A stretch of DNA of 50,668 nucleotides, taken from positions 1 to 50,668 of the forward strand of contig NW_021834254.1 of assembly GCF_006345805.1 (NCBI RefSeq). Reading direction: 5' to 3'. The notes beneath the pieces are model-generated. The model made no database searches, was not told where the DNA came from, and saw only the letters and a list, made by a program, of their open reading frames with translations. Below are positions 22,470-37,213 of this stretch, piece after piece. Source of the stretch: Octopus sinensis (lineage: Eukaryota). The position numbers and the translations under genes were made by a program. The first letter of the stretch is position 1. Each line of letters opens with the position of its first letter.

Positions 22470-22835
22470 TCCCTAGTCACAATCACCACTCTGATGGCAT
22501 CAACACCATCACTGCTGTTAATATAACCACTACTGCTGCCACCAACATCAGTATTATCACTATCACAGATATCTTCACCACCATAAACATCACCCCCATC
22601 TACCACTGCCATAAAGATCAATACCAACACCAGTGTTACCAACATCACCACCACCATCACACCACCAATGATGACACTACCATTACAGATATCACCATCA
22701 TCACCTCCACTGTCACAAACCTCACCATCATCACCATCACTGCCACTAACATCAACACAACTATCACCATAGACATCATTACTGCCACAAACAACATTGA
22801 TACCACTGCTACCAACATCACCACCTCAACCATTA
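22470..22835. repeat. Degenerate (CAT/CAC)n low-complexity tract
   Basis: Triplet-periodic ACC/ATC-rich sequence. Confidence 0.8.
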
Positions 22836-24669
22836 AGAGCTCATAAGATGTTTATTGCCACAGCAGTTTCCACATTCTCTATTTATGTCATTAATTAACA
22901 TTACAAATTGGACTGCTTTTTCTCTTTTTCACATACATTTACATAACTACATATGTAAATGCCAGAGTGGCGGGGGGGACAAAAGTTAGGAATAATTGGA
23001 AATTTACCTTAAATATTCTTCTGATCCAATGGTGTGGACTGGCATATTTTGTGAAAGATTAAGTGAATCATTTTATTCATTCATTCATTCATTCATTATA
23101 GTAATGTAACAGGAGGAACATACATTCATGTTAGTCTTTTATTTTAAATTAAGTGGTTTTCCTTTGTCAGAATGATGTAAAATATAGCTATCTAAGTTTC
23201 CAAACTCACTGTTGTTTTTCCTTTTAATATGTGGATGGGTTGGTTTGTGTGTAGGTGGAGTCATATGAAGCCTGCAGGAATCAACCCTGAACTCTTGGTG
23301 CTCTGAAGTAAATAGGCATGTCCACTTATGATAACAACAAAACAAATGCCCTAACAATGCTTCAAGTTTATGCATTCGGTGGAGTCAAAAAGGATGAAAA
23401 GTCAAAGTTATATTACTATTCTACCATAATGTTGCTCATAGATTAGTTGAGTCCCTACTCCATCTATAGAACTTATCAATGGCTTGCAGTAGTGATGTAC
23501 CTTAGAAATGTCTATCTATCTTTATGTTATAAATCTTTTTCCAAAATGTCACCTGTAAGTTCTATATATAACTTGTTTACTCTTCTGTTGTCTTTACTTC
23601 AAGGTTAAATATATTCTGAACTATAGAGACAAAATTATTTGAGTCTAAGAGGAAGGAGCAGTACCAACATTTATAGAATTTCCCAGGTTGGTCAGGTTAT
23701 TGTTCTTTAGCTTCAGGTTAGCTTTCTCCAGTCCTGATCCAGCAGACCTATGATCAAAGGAGTTCCAATGTAGTCTTTTATATTGATAATATATTAGGGT
23801 GGATCTAGCAGCTAAGTGAACACATGGCTCATAAAACGCAAAACAACTGTGTGTGATTTGAAGATGACTTGGCTGCTATTTCTAGCAGGTTGAGTGACTA
23901 TTTAAGGAGCCCCCTTACCAGTGTAGTTCTATAGAATGAAATAGTCGAGACTGTTGTTCTTGTGGTTGTTTGGCCTTTATCCAAATTTGATTTTACCATG
24001 AGATTTAGCCAAGTAACACTTTCAGTATATGTTTGTGTGCATCCTTTTGATACTGAAACACCAGTAGTGTATTTGAATTTATGTGTCTACATAGTCACTG
24101 AGCAAATAGAAATGGCAGCCAAATCTCTCTCAAATCCTACCATACCGTCTAGAAAAATGGGAGGAACACATTAGGTCATGTAGTCCTACATATTCCCAAA
24201 AAATGACTGGATGGTCATGGCTGGAATGCTTTTGATCATAGGGCTACATGATAAAGGCTGACCTAGGACTAAACATCAATTTCTGTTTCTTATACAAACT
24301 TTTCTTCTCTCTTTTAGTATTGCTTACTCTCTCTCTCTTGTAGCTTTACCAAGCTTTCATCATGACTCCTTGTGAGTTTTAATTAAACACCACTCCTAAT
24401 CTTCCTCTTTTTTCTCCTCATTATCATCACCATCTTTTCCATCACTTTCATCACCAGCACAGTTGGAGGTTGCTGGTTTAATGAGATCTATTTCTGATTG
24501 CTTTTTGTGATTTGCAAGTCTTCAAAATAATTCTTAGATGTCTAGACTTTTCAGATGGACAGCTTTACATATCAATGTTCTTTTTCTTTACATTTTGGCT
24601 ATTGTTGGTTGTTATTGTTTGGCCTTTATCCAAACTTGGAATTTCATTGAGATTTAGCCAAGTAACACG

Positions 24670-24700
<31 letters not shown>

Positions 24701-27700
24701 TTATACAGACAAGAATTACCCAGAGAGATACAAGCAAAAGCACATGCTTGCAAAGCATAGAAATATAAAGCAGTAAAATAGCATAAATGGAAGAAACAGA
24801 AGAGAATCTGACGTTTTGGGTGATAAACTTTATCAAAGAGAATATAAAAATTTATAGCAAAAAATAAAATAAAATAAGTGAAAAGCAAGTGAAAGAGGAA
24901 AATATGACAGCAAAAAAAAAAAAGCCCAGTGGCATGGAAAGTCTCATATGGAATGGAAGTTGGCAAGTGGAATAGTACAACAGGAAGTGGAAGCACAATT
25001 TGGGTCACAGTGGGGTTGAATGAAGAAAGTAGGATGAAGAGAGTGAGAGATAAAATGAATAAAAGACAGAGAAGGGAAGAAGAATGGAAAGAAAAAGTAA
25101 CCTATCAGTTTTTTCTCTGGGAACAGGTTGCTGGCCCTCTCCCAGCCTTTTTTTCTTTTGTAAGAAAAATATATGAACTTTTTTCAAAGCAAAATATGGT
25201 TGATTCTAGGAGAGGAGATAGAAATTCACTACAAAATAGGACTGACAGAATGGTACTAGAGCAATCTCAGAAGTTTGAAAGGTGAAGTTGAACTCTAGTT
25301 TCACCAAGCCAGAACAAATACTGCAAGGTTCCCTGAAGCTGTAATGACTATTAATTCACTACTGAACCTCTAAAATACATACATACATATATTAATAAGT
25401 ATTTGTGCTTGTACACATACTCACACAAACACCCACTCATATATTAAGGATAGTGAACACAAACAAAAAGGAAGAATGAATAGAAACTGTTCTCACTTCC
25501 TGTTTGCTTTCTTGAAATGTGCTACTTTCCCATAAATGAAATTCTCTGTATGTAAATGTGTGTATTTGGGATATGTGCTTGTCTGTGTTTGTGTGTATAA
25601 AGATGCTTGTCCTAACTTGTAAGTACTTGTGTGTACTTCATTGAATCTACTTGTATGGATGTTTGTATATGTATTTTGTGTATGTGTCAACACAACTCTG
25701 TGAATGTATGCATGAATGAGCACAACTGCTTGTGTGTATATTTTATGTATAAGAGTAGTTGAATACCAACATATGAAGAATCACCTGAAGCTAAGCTTTC
25801 TGTTCCAGGCAATGCTAGCTTCATAATGAACTGCTAAGGTCCTCTCTACACTTCATGTTGATTATGTATGTCAGATTTAATATTAAAAAACCACATGCAC
25901 AATACAGCTTAACACTTTCACTTCAGATGTCACAGCCTTTCTGTCACATATCAACTGTTTAGCCATTATTATTATTATTACTGTTTCTTTATGACCCTTT
26001 ACATTTTGAGATCAAATCTCGCTGAGGTCAACTTCACCTTTCAGCCCTCCTGGGTCAGTAAACTCTCAGTCTTGTGCTTCAGTTGACTAACCCATTACCC
26101 CAAATTTCATGCCCTGTACCTAAACTAGCAGAATCATTAGCACTTTGGACAGAATGTTTAGCAGCATTTCTTCTAGTTCTTGGTTGACTTTTCCTATCAT
26201 CATTTCAGGGTCAGTAGAATATATATCAGTTGATTATCGAGGTTGGTGTAATTGATGATCCCTCTCCCTAAAATTCCAGGCCTTGTGCCTATAGTAGAAA
26301 GGATTATTATTACTAGGGTAGTGGGTTGGCTGAATCATTTGAACTTCAGTTATAATGCCCTGCATATTTTCATTCTGAGTTCAAATCTCATTGAGGCTTA
26401 TCACCCTTCCACATTGAATAAAATGAAGTACCTGTCAAATACTGGGGAACAATGGTATTGACTAACCCTCCCCTCAAAATTGTTGGCTTTGTGCCTATAT
26501 TAGAAACAATTGTTATTGTCTTTTCAGGTACAGTAAGGTTTGTGAGGTTGCAACAGTTTTTAGTTCCAACTAATTACCTGTGTTGTGGAAATTTAATGGA
26601 GATGTTTTTGTTTTTGTAGCTAAATTTTGCAAGTTGGCTGCATAAATGTCTACAAGGTACTTTATGATATGGAGTAGTGACATAGATGATTATATCAATA
26701 TCAGTATTTGACTTGTGTTTATTTTAGTGACTCTGAGAGAATATAAATTGACTTTCAACGATTTGAACTCCAAACACAAATGATAGTACTGAAATACCAT
26801 AAGACTTTCCTACTTGATGCTTTACAATTTCTGTTTTTCTACCAATACCACCATCATGCTACCTACAGAAACAGCAATCACAATAAGCATAGGGTAATGT
26901 AGGAGACTTTATGTAGTTGCTTGTCCTACTTGAAATAGAGGCAAAATCTCTTTTTTGTGAAATATACTGTTATAAAAGAGGACAAATTTCATAATGTCCT
27001 GGATAATACAGTGTCTGAAAAAATAGATGAAATGGTCATAGCTGGATTGTCTTTGACCATGAGACAGTTGAATCACAGCTAATATGAGCAGTCATATCAA
27101 GAACTATTTAATATAACAATATCTCTCCATAAGAAATTTTCTGTCAAAAAAGAAAAAAGAAAATCCCCCCTCCTTCTCCCAACTAATAAATCACTGAATC
27201 TGCTCTCCAGAAATTACACAAACCCTTAACACCTCTTAATAAAGAATGTAAGAGGCAGTAATTATCAATTATTTAAAATAGTGTCCACAAGGGTCCTATA
27301 TTGAGGACATGTCTTCTGGGACATGATACTTGCTCATTCATCTTTGTAATTTAATCAGCCATACACGTTTGTTGAAGAAAAATTATTATAACTAATTGGA
27401 TAGCCTACTTATATCAACCTTACCATCTGTTCTTTCATTGTGAAAGAGCTCTCTTTCTTACCAAAAGGAGCACCTGCCCTACTAACTACTGTTCATCTGA
27501 GTCAGTAACAGAGCTACTATGTGGTTGCTTTACTTACTAGATATAACAAGCAAATTCCCTTTGAACTACACCCTACTATTTCAAAAAGAAAATTGTATAA
27601 TGTAAATCCTGGACACAGTGTTTAATTAGTCTACAACTTATGTATGATCAGTTCAGCTGATGTCACAAATCTATTGCTTTTAGAAGCCAGTAATTCTGTT

Positions 27701-28829
27701 TTGAAATCTGTGTCCCCTCTCCTGACAAGAAAGAACAGGATTGTAACATACAGATTAATCAACTTCCATTTATTAATTTGAGGACATATCACAAAGTCAC
27801 ACACGTAGATAAAATGTGGGAAACAGAAAATGGAATTCACAAGACCCTTTATTCAGAACCACTACAGTTGTTTTGACCCATTGTGCACTGGTATCTTACA
27901 GCTGAGATGCTGTACAATATATATAAGCAGATGCTTGTGACACATGTGAGAAAAATGTTCTTGAAATTTTAAGAATTGATGTGCAATAAAACCATATGTA
28001 TTGTACAAAATACAAAAGTATTCCACTTAATTGTTTATAATAATAATACAAAAAGATAGATATAATTATTTATGGTATCACACTGGTACTCATTCAATAT
28101 ATAATTTATTGGAACTGTTTGTATATTTGCCTTTCATTTGGTCAGTTTTTTTCTTAATAATAATCAAATAATTACTTATGGCCGTTAACTATGCAATACT
28201 TCTGCTGGCAATTTTCTATCCAGTGTTGGGTGAAGTAAAGAACAATAAGAGAATAAAACGTTTCAGTAAACGATTTTAGTGGCAAGCTTTTTGAACTCCT
28301 TGCTTAATGGTTTGAATAATGCATTTTGCTTCATCATTTTAAAGTGGAATATAAAATAGGTGACATCAAATGACAGTTACTCTTTTTACGGCAAAACTAC
28401 CCAAAGTTGGATGAAGTAGACTGAATTCACTGTTGCAGATAACTGTTTCAAGTAATCTTGCAATGATAAAAATTTTCCACAGGCCTGTCTAAGTTGCATG
28501 AGTAATTGTTGATGTTTTCAAAAACAAAAATGCATTGGATAATGCAAGTTCTAGTTACATTATCTGAAAATAAGATGAGATGGTCGTTGCTCAAATACCT
28601 TTGATTGTAGGACTACTTAAACATGATTAATCTTGAATTAAGCAACTAAATTTTCAACAGAATTTTGTGAGGTTTCTATTGAAGTTGGGGTAAAAAATGA
28701 AGAAAAATTCTCTGAAGGTATAAACCATCTAAAATAGTAAAATACTGATTTGTTAAATCCCACTATTTTCGCTCTTTTCTTTTTTGGCTTATATAACTTT
28801 GCTGCTACATTGTAAATATCTTTTATTTT

Positions 28830-29181
28830 TTCTTTTACTGCAGCCATGCTGGGGCACCACCTTGAATTTTAGTCAAACAAATCAACTCCAGTACTTATTT
28901 TTATTGCCTGATACTTATTCAAACAGTATTTTTTGCCAAACCACTTAGTTATAGGGACATAAACATGCCAACACCAGTTGTCAAGTGGTGGTGGTGGGAG
29001 ACAAACACAACTGCATACACACATGATGGGCTTATTTCAGTTTCCATCTCCCAAATCCACCCACAAGGTTTGGTTGGCCTGAGGCTATAGTAGAAGACAC
29101 TTACCCAATATGGCAAGTTATGGGACTGAACCTGAAACCATGTGTTAAGGAAGCAAACTTCTTACCACACAGCCACACCTG
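28830..29181 (-). mobile_element. Older copy of the same SINE family as 21526 and 30449
   Basis: Collinear diverged match from GCAGCCATGCTGGGGCACC to CTTACCACACAGCCACACCTG. Confidence 0.8.
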
Positions 29182-30448
29182 TCAATTATTTTCTCTTAAG
29201 TTCTACAATGATACATGGCTACCATTACTTAAATAATTTGTTTTAAGATAATCAACAATGTGTTCAATACAGGATTTTCGAAAAATTAAATATACTGTTT
29301 ATCCAACAACATGATGATACAGTTGGTAGTTAAAATAGGAAGAATGTTGCTTGAATAGGGACAGCGATGTTAGAGTAAGGAGAATGTTGTTGGAATTGGG
29401 AGAATGCATGAAAGTAGAAAGAATGGTGTAATCAGAAGAATGTGTCTGTTTTAAATTGTTTGTATTTAGATTAAACTTTCCATTATAATTTTAGTTTAGA
29501 ACTTTTTTTGCTTTCCAGAAGTGTAAAATGTCAGTTATTTTATTAAATCTCTCCAAATATCTTATTTTCGAAATTGAAACACATAGGCAGAGTATTTCAT
29601 TTGTTATATGGTCGAGAAAGAGTTAAAATGAGCTAGACCGTGTTAAAATTAGAAGAATATTGATTATATTGAAATTGAAAATAAAATAAAAACAAGGACA
29701 TTGGTACAAAGATCAATTACTGAGAGATCAGTTGAGCAATATATCACTGGTTCAAAATTTATCTCTGTGCCACAGTCTTTCTTGTGATACAGTCTGGTTG
29801 TAGCGCTTGCATTTGCACTCAGCAAGACTTAATGTCCTTAAATTATGTAGGACAGCTCCTAGCAGTTCTTCAATACATCAACTAAAAATATATACACATA
29901 GTATTGATGGAAACCAGAAATCAATAGAAACATTGATTTCCATTTTTTACTTTCTTTACTGTTTATATATTTTTCTATATTGATTTGTTTCCATCAATAC
30001 CATTATTGATTCCTAAGATTGGCACATGGCCAGACATTTGTTGGAGAAAGGCAAACTTATTGAATTGACCACAGGATGCAAGTAGTGCATACTTTATCAA
30101 CCCCAGAGGGATGAGAAACAAGGTTGAGTCAAGTTGGATTTGAACTTAAAAGGATGTGAGGCTTTTAGTTACATTACTTTTCCATTTCTGTTATTCTGTT
30201 ACATTTTCAGTAGGGTTTCTTTTTAATTAGGCATAAGCCTACTATATTTTCAGCAGGCTAGAGCAATGTGATCTTGTAATTTATGAGCTTTACTGAAAAG
30301 AATTACCTGCATAAGTGAAATGAAATAGTGTTATATAGGAACTGAAATTGTGACAATGTCTCAAGTTGCCAAAAGTGTCAATTTCTAACTTACATTAAAA
30401 TCAGAAATTTGTAAGAGTAGAAAGACAATCTCTTTTTAAAATATATGT

Positions 30449-30610
30449 GCAGGAGTGGCTGTGTGGTGAGTAGCTTTCCTACTAACCACATGGTTCTAGG
30501 TTCAGTCCCACTGCATGGCACCTTGGGCAAGTGTCTTCTACTAATAGCCTCAGGCTGACCTAAGCCTTGTGAATGGATTTGATAGACGGAAACTGAAAGA
30601 AGCCCATCAC

Positions 30611-30641
<31 letters not shown>

Positions 30642-30871
30642 TAGATGTATATATATGTGTGTGTATATGTTTGTATCTGTGTTTTCCCCTAACATCGCTT
30701 GACAACCAATGCTGGTGTGTTTACGTCCCCGTAACTTAGCGGTTCAGCCAAAGAGATTGATAGAATAAGTACTAGGCTTACAAAGAATAAGCGTTGGGGT
30801 CGATTTGCTCAACTAAAGGCAGTGCCCCAGCATGGCTACAGTCAAATGACTGAAACAAAAGAATAAAAGAA
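30449..30871 (+). mobile_element. tRNA-related SINE, full length
   Basis: Head GCAGGAGTGGCTGTGTGG, box B-like GGTTCAGTCCC, internal (TA)(GA) microsatellite, tail CAGCATGGCTACAGTCAAATGACTGAAACAAAAGAATAAAAG. Confidence 0.85.
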
Positions 30872-33800
30872 TGTCATCTTCATTTAACATCTGTTTTCCA
30901 TACTGTCATGGGTTGGACATGTGTGCATACACATATATATAATTACATACACATACACACATATGCATCTGTATATATACACACGAATGTATGTATATAC
31001 ATACACACATATATATTTATTCAATCATTTTAATGTACATTTTTCATGCTGCTAAGAGTTGGATGAGGATTGATTTTGTATATTTTATGGTTGGATGTTC
31101 TTTTTGTCATCAACTCTTAAATGTTTTTCAAGTAAGGGATTTTCATATTCCACAGGTTTTCGAAATTGTTGAGCAACTTATGAACAAAGTCTGTGTACAT
31201 CAACATAAATGGTAAAGAGAGAAATACGAATACCTGTACATATTTGAGTATGCTTGTGCGCACACACACACACTCTCTCTCGGCTTAAAACAGTTCTTGT
31301 TAATCAAGTTCTCACTCTTTGTTTTCTGTTGTTTTTCTTTGCCCTCTTTCTACTCATATTATACTTCAGATATACAATTACAGCACTACTGTTAGTTTCG
31401 GTCTTAAACACTCCTGAATGGAGTTTTTGTCTATTAATTGCTTGGATAATTTCAGTTGATAGTTTTTCAACTTTATATATGGAAAATCCAAACCTGTTTA
31501 TATACACACATATATTTATATGTGTAGATGCACACATGTACATGTATACACACACTATGTATGTTACATATGTATGCATATGTAGGAGATTTTTTTTTTT
31601 CTGAAAAAGATTTTTTTTGTGAAGAGGAAACAGCCATCATTACTTTGTTAATAATCTGAGTTCAGCATCTCAAGTGTATGGCAATTAAGCTAACAGTAAG
31701 CTACTGAACAGAAGTGGTCATTAATAAAAATGTGGAGAAAAATTCCCCAACAAACAGGGAATTACTTCATTGCCACAAGTTTGAATTATTTCCATTTGAA
31801 TTCTGTCATTATCTTACAATTCTTGTTTTGTAGTGGGTGTATTTCTTTTTCTTAATGTTTTTGAAGGTGTTCTTCATATCCAAATATATTTGTAAAGTTA
31901 AATGTTAGTCAGTTGCCATCTCTCACTTGCATTGTCTTCTTCACACCCTGACATCCACCACCGATGCAAAAACAATAATAAAAAGAAAAGTGCTGTGAAT
32001 GCCAGCGTTTAAGAAATTGCGTAATGTTACTGTTAGGAGAGTTCCATAAGCAAATCCAAAGATACAATTTTGAGCAATATAACTTGAATGAATACTAATC
32101 ATTTATTAACTAGGGAAAATATAAGAATTGATTACACATAAATGTGTGTGTTATAATTTCTAGCATTCACAAGGACTCACAGTATGGTGACAGTGGAATG
32201 TTTTAGATCAACCATGTTATTTATTTTGTCAACCCCTGAAAATAGGAAAGGCAATGTTAATCTTGTCTTGATTTGAATTCTGAATGTAAAGAGATGTAAC
32301 TTCTCTACCAAATTTTTCACTTGTAATAATGGTCTCTCATCTAGGCACAGGGCCAGTAATTTTAAGCAGAGGTGATTAGTTGATACCATCAACCCTAATA
32401 CTTTATTTTATTCATCCTGAAAGAATGATAGGCAAAATTGATCTTGACAGGATTTGAACTCTGAAAGTGAAGAGCCGGAACAAATGCTGCAAAGCATTTT
32501 CCATTGATTTAATGATTCCAATGGTGATGTTTATTAGCCACCTAGGCTTGAAGAGATACAGAAAATACATTGAAGCATTAAATAAAGTCTGCAGCAGCAT
32601 GTGAGAAGAGACAGAGAAGTGAAAGACTTTTTGCAGTACATAATTGGATGTCTTTGACCCCGCCAAAAAAAGAAAATGGTATCCTTTAATTATGTTTCAT
32701 TATATAGATAAAAGCATAATAATTAGAGCATGTTTTCTGGTATATACTATAGTATACCCTACATTGTTTTGTTTCTTAAAATAAACAGACAAAACTACAT
32801 GTTCATTGCAACAAAATCTGTTAACTGACAGGGTACATTAGTAAACACTTCAAGTTTTATTTGCAATAAAAAAAATAACACAATACTAAATCATAGCAAC
32901 AGAATGAAAGAAAATCTTTTAGGGTTTGTAATTTTAAGCCCTTGTGCTCATGGTCGGAATTTTAGGGCCTTGCACCATTGAAATCAGATTTAGGAAAATA
33001 TGTATTGGGACTGTTCTTTTTTTTGTTTGTCTTCAGTTTTGTTAAATAAAAAGACCTGATTAATAAAGTGCTCTCAAATTAGTCACTAGGTCTGACCACT
33101 AGTCACAGTAGTATGCTTGAAGAGGAAGAGGGGAAGACAGATAAGGATACCAGGCAAATTATGATAGCCATTAATTAAAACTAAATCTATTTCCTCTAGT
33201 CACTTGAGTGTAAAGCACTTACTTATGTTGGTCATCATTAGAGATAGCCAAGGACAGCAGATGTCAGTAACTTGAATCTTACAGGAACATTCTTACATAG
33301 AGATGGAACATAAATTTAAGACCAAAACTTAAAGCCTAAATATTACTGAGAGGTGGATATCTGTTAAAGTTTATAGGGGAGACATTGTTATATTGGGTCA
33401 GATATGTGATGTGAGTATACGCTGCATAAGAGTTGAGTATAAAAGTAGTGTGTTGACAGTAGCAGTCACTTATGGTAGAAGAAAGCTAGGGACAACATAG
33501 ATGATGCATAGATATCAAGATATTGACTTTGATGGACTGGTTTAAAATAGGATTTAGATGCATAAGGATTTGTTATACTGTAGACTTGTCCACTTAATGC
33601 TGACATGGAAAATTAGATGTTAAAATAATGATCACCACCACTAAGTGGTGGTGATGATGATAAGTAGGAAGTGGTCAAGATGTTAGACAGTGATTTCTAC
33701 ATAAAGAATCAGTCTCATCTTGGTCATGATTTATTATTTTTTTAGTCTGAAAGCAGAACAAATTATAGTGGGAATCATTAAAGTTCTACATTGGATATAT

Positions 33801-34161
33801 TCAAGTGAGATTGCTGTAATGTAAATGATGTGAATGAATGAATGGTGAATGCTGTTTAATAAAAGTGCATAATCACAGTTGAAGGTGTGTGCTGCAGCAG
33901 AAGTCTTCTTAAGTGAAGAAGAAAGGAATTCAGATTTTAAGTTTCTGAGATAGAAATGATATACTTCTTGTCTCAATCTTTTGTCATCTCATGCCCCAAT
34001 AACAGACTTGTGCAAACCATGGAGAATGGTTTGTAAACAATGATGGTGCTTCAGTTACATTACCTGACTACCAACTTCCAAGACACATCCTATCTTTGGA
34101 GACAGGACACTGTGAGTAATGCAATTCTGCAGACTCCTAAAAACACAAGATAATTATAGAT

Positions 34162-34509
34162 CAGTGGTCCTTAATCAGATCCATATAGCCCCTGGGGGTT
34201 CATATAGGATTTTTTGGGGGTTCATGCAACAAAATAGTCAATTGGAGATCCACAATAGTATTTTAAGGGCCAATGAAAAAATTTTGCTTTAGATGTATGT
34301 ATTGGTATTTATTGCAAGAAACAGCTAGGTTTCTTTCTTTAACATTTTACATCATTCAGCCTACACAAATCAATGTGTGAAAAGTGAAATAGAAATTTTA
34401 AAAGAAGTTTCTATAAAACTAGTTTTTAAACATTGAATGTCTATGGGGGTGCATCAGACTAAAATAGTAATTTAAGAGTCCATAGATGAAAAATGATTGA
34501 GAGCCTCTG
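34162..34509. mobile_element. hAT-type MITE with 8-bp target-site duplication
   Basis: Degenerate TIRs CAGTGGTCCTTAATC / GATTGAGAGCCTCTG; TTATAGAT duplicated at 34154-34161 and 34510-34517. An 8-bp TSD with CAG termini is typical of hAT. Confidence 0.8.
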
Positions 34510-35739
34510 TTATAGATGGAATCATCATCAGCTTTGTTTTACATCTGCCTTTCCATGTTGGCTGACATGAGCTGGACAGATTTTCTGTAACAATGTTTTA
34601 TAGCTGGATACCTTTCTTGTCACCAATTTTTTAGATGCCTCTTACAACATGTAGGGACATGGTGTACCTGTTTTAAGACCACTCAACACAGTAACATGCT
34701 TAGAAATGGAATTCCATTGTTATATAAGGTCAGCTTGGGACTAAACAGTAACAAGCTTCTAACAATGGGAACTGAATATACTAGCAGTACACCATTAAGA
34801 CAAACTGACTAGAAACAGTGAGCAATATTATTCAGCTGTGACCCCATAAGATCAATCATAAATGTCATTTGACTTGTGACCATCTGTGTTACTTTTTTGA
34901 AAGTGTTTCTAGGATCACATTATCAAATGTATTATATAGTTTGTTTTTTTCCTTCTAGAACATTAGGGGCTCAAATTGGTTTTGGTTGCTGTTTCTAGCA
35001 GGTTGAGTAAGCACATAAGCATCCTTTCAATTGCTCAAAGAAAATATAGTGACAGAAGCTGGTAAAATCTACTCCAATATCTTAGCTGCTGCTTATACAT
35101 ATGAAACATCTGAGATTGCATTTAAAAAAAAAACGAAATTATATTGTAAGACTGGCTACCAGCTGGACTGGCTGTAGGTGTGCAGCATCAAGTTACTAGA
35201 AACATATTTCAAACAAGTAGGCTTGATCTTGAGGCCAGTGGCCTCAAATCTCCTAATATCTCTACCATTTGGCCCATGTCATTATCATTTCAAGAGACAA
35301 AAAGTCAAAATAAAGCCAAGACTGACTAACTTGCTAGACAGGTGGTCATTGATGTGATAGAACGGTTGTATTGTATTTGTATAGCAGTAACATCCATCAC
35401 AATCCTGACTCTTGCCAGCTTGCACAGCCTCAGAGTGAGCCTGGTTTCATCACCACTACACCAGCATCCTACCTTAGCATCTGGTTAATTGATCATCCTT
35501 CTGCTACTCTACCTGTTGCCAGTGTAAATCAAAGAACATGTGTTACATTTCTACCAGACATGTAAGCAGAATGAAAGAAGCGATGTAATTAGGCATATTT
35601 TAATAGGAACACAGACAGCACAGGAGTAAAACTTTCCATGCCAACCTCTTTCTCTCTCACTCTCTCTCTCTCTCCCTCTCTCTTTCAGACATAACATATA
35701 CACACTGTCATTCCTTTCACACACACACACACACACACA

Positions 35740-36850
35740 CTCACATTATCACTCTTTCCTCCTAGACCTACACACATCAAGGAACAAAGGTACAAATTCT
35801 TTTTGGTTAGTAGCAGTGAAGGAATGGGTGGTGTAGGTATACTTTTGGCAGAGAAATGGGTAAAGTAATTGAGGTAGTCAGAGTGCATGATAGGATAGTT
35901 AAACTGAGAGTAATCTTGCATAAAACAAAAGTGACATTTATGCTTGTGCTCCTCAATCTGAGCTGCAAGGTAAACAGAAAAACCATTTGTACAAGACCCT
36001 TTTGCAGATTAAGTCGATGACAAATGATAATGGTTGGTGACTTCAACAGATTTGCTGGGCAGCATCCCAATAGATTTCAAGTTGTACTTGGAGATGACAG
36101 CTCGGTTCTACAAATAATGAGAGTACAAGGCTGCTAGTGTTCTGTGATGCAAATGACTTGACATTAATCAGCCAGCCAGCCACTTGATTACCTATCAGTC
36201 TGATGGACGCACAAACCAGATTGACTACAGATATATATGAATACAAAACTTTTCCCAGGTGAAGAATACACAACTCAACGTAGGCTAGTGGTTAGTAACT
36301 TCAGACTCAGTGTTAGAAAAACCCAGGGGCACAAACCAGTCTGAAGAAGGAAACTATGGAATCCTAAAGATCCAGCAAGCGGTCAAAAATTTAGAGAGGT
36401 CCTAGTTGAAGTATTTGACAAAAAGAAGGAGGAGATAGAGATATATAGTGTAGAGGACAAATGGAAGTTCGTGCAGGATAGCCTACTGAGGTGGCACAAA
36501 GCCTAGAAAAGAATGAAGTTAGTATGCTTTGATGGATGTGTTACATATGTGTGCATATATGACAAAATGGCAAATTTGTTGAGAGAAAAATTGGACTGAA
36601 GAGGAATCAGATGTAGCGTACTAGAGAGAAGGCTGCACTGGTATGGTCATGTGATGCATGTACATGATGACAACCGCATAAAGAAGAACTGATTGCTTAA
36701 ATTGGATAAAATTTGTGGGAGAATGAGATCCAAGAAGACATGGGATGAAGTAGTGAAGGCTTATCTCAAGTTGTTGAGTCCCAAGATGATAATGACAAAT
36801 GCCTGAAATGACTTGCATTTCACTCTGTTTAATAAGACCCATCCATCATG
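35740..36850 (+). mobile_element. Old, internally deleted RTE remnant (endonuclease joined to C-terminus)
   Basis: Translates to GGVGILLAEKW..KVIEVVRVHDRIVKLR and later GIRCSVLERRLHWYGHV; RT core absent. Confidence 0.75.
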
Positions 36851-37213
36851 GTGTAAGTAAGGTCCTAAAAGTATTAGGTTTATATCTATACACTCACTGT
36901 TTCCCTCCCTGAACCTAATCTGTCCTTTTCAAGCTTTCTCCAGCTCTCATCTTTCTAACACCCATCCTTCTATCGTGCTTCTGACAATGATGCTGTTCAA
37001 CTGCAGTAATCATATTACAGTAGAATCTGCACATGCTTCTTTCTTTTTGTGCCTCCTCATCTCCCTGGAACCACTTCCTTTACTATCCATTCCCCATTTT
37101 AGGACTGCTATACCTCATCTCTAATACCCACTTATATCTGCTATAACTTTGAACACACTCTTATATTCACTACCCCCTCACCCTTCCCTGTTCATTATAT
37201 CCACCACAACATA

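Noticed and set aside
22421-22660. 79-aa Gly/Asp/Val-rich ORF
   Set aside because: Derived from the degenerate (CAT/CAC)n tract.
28190-28820. Possible decayed coding sequence
   Set aside because: All frames are interrupted and no family motif could be assigned with confidence.
34005-34116. Open AG...GTGAGT-bounded segment (TCANHGEWFVNNDG...)
   Set aside because: No similarity to BARD1 ankyrin/BRCT or any protein I recognise; its phase-1 end is unsupported and the flank resembles repeat debris.
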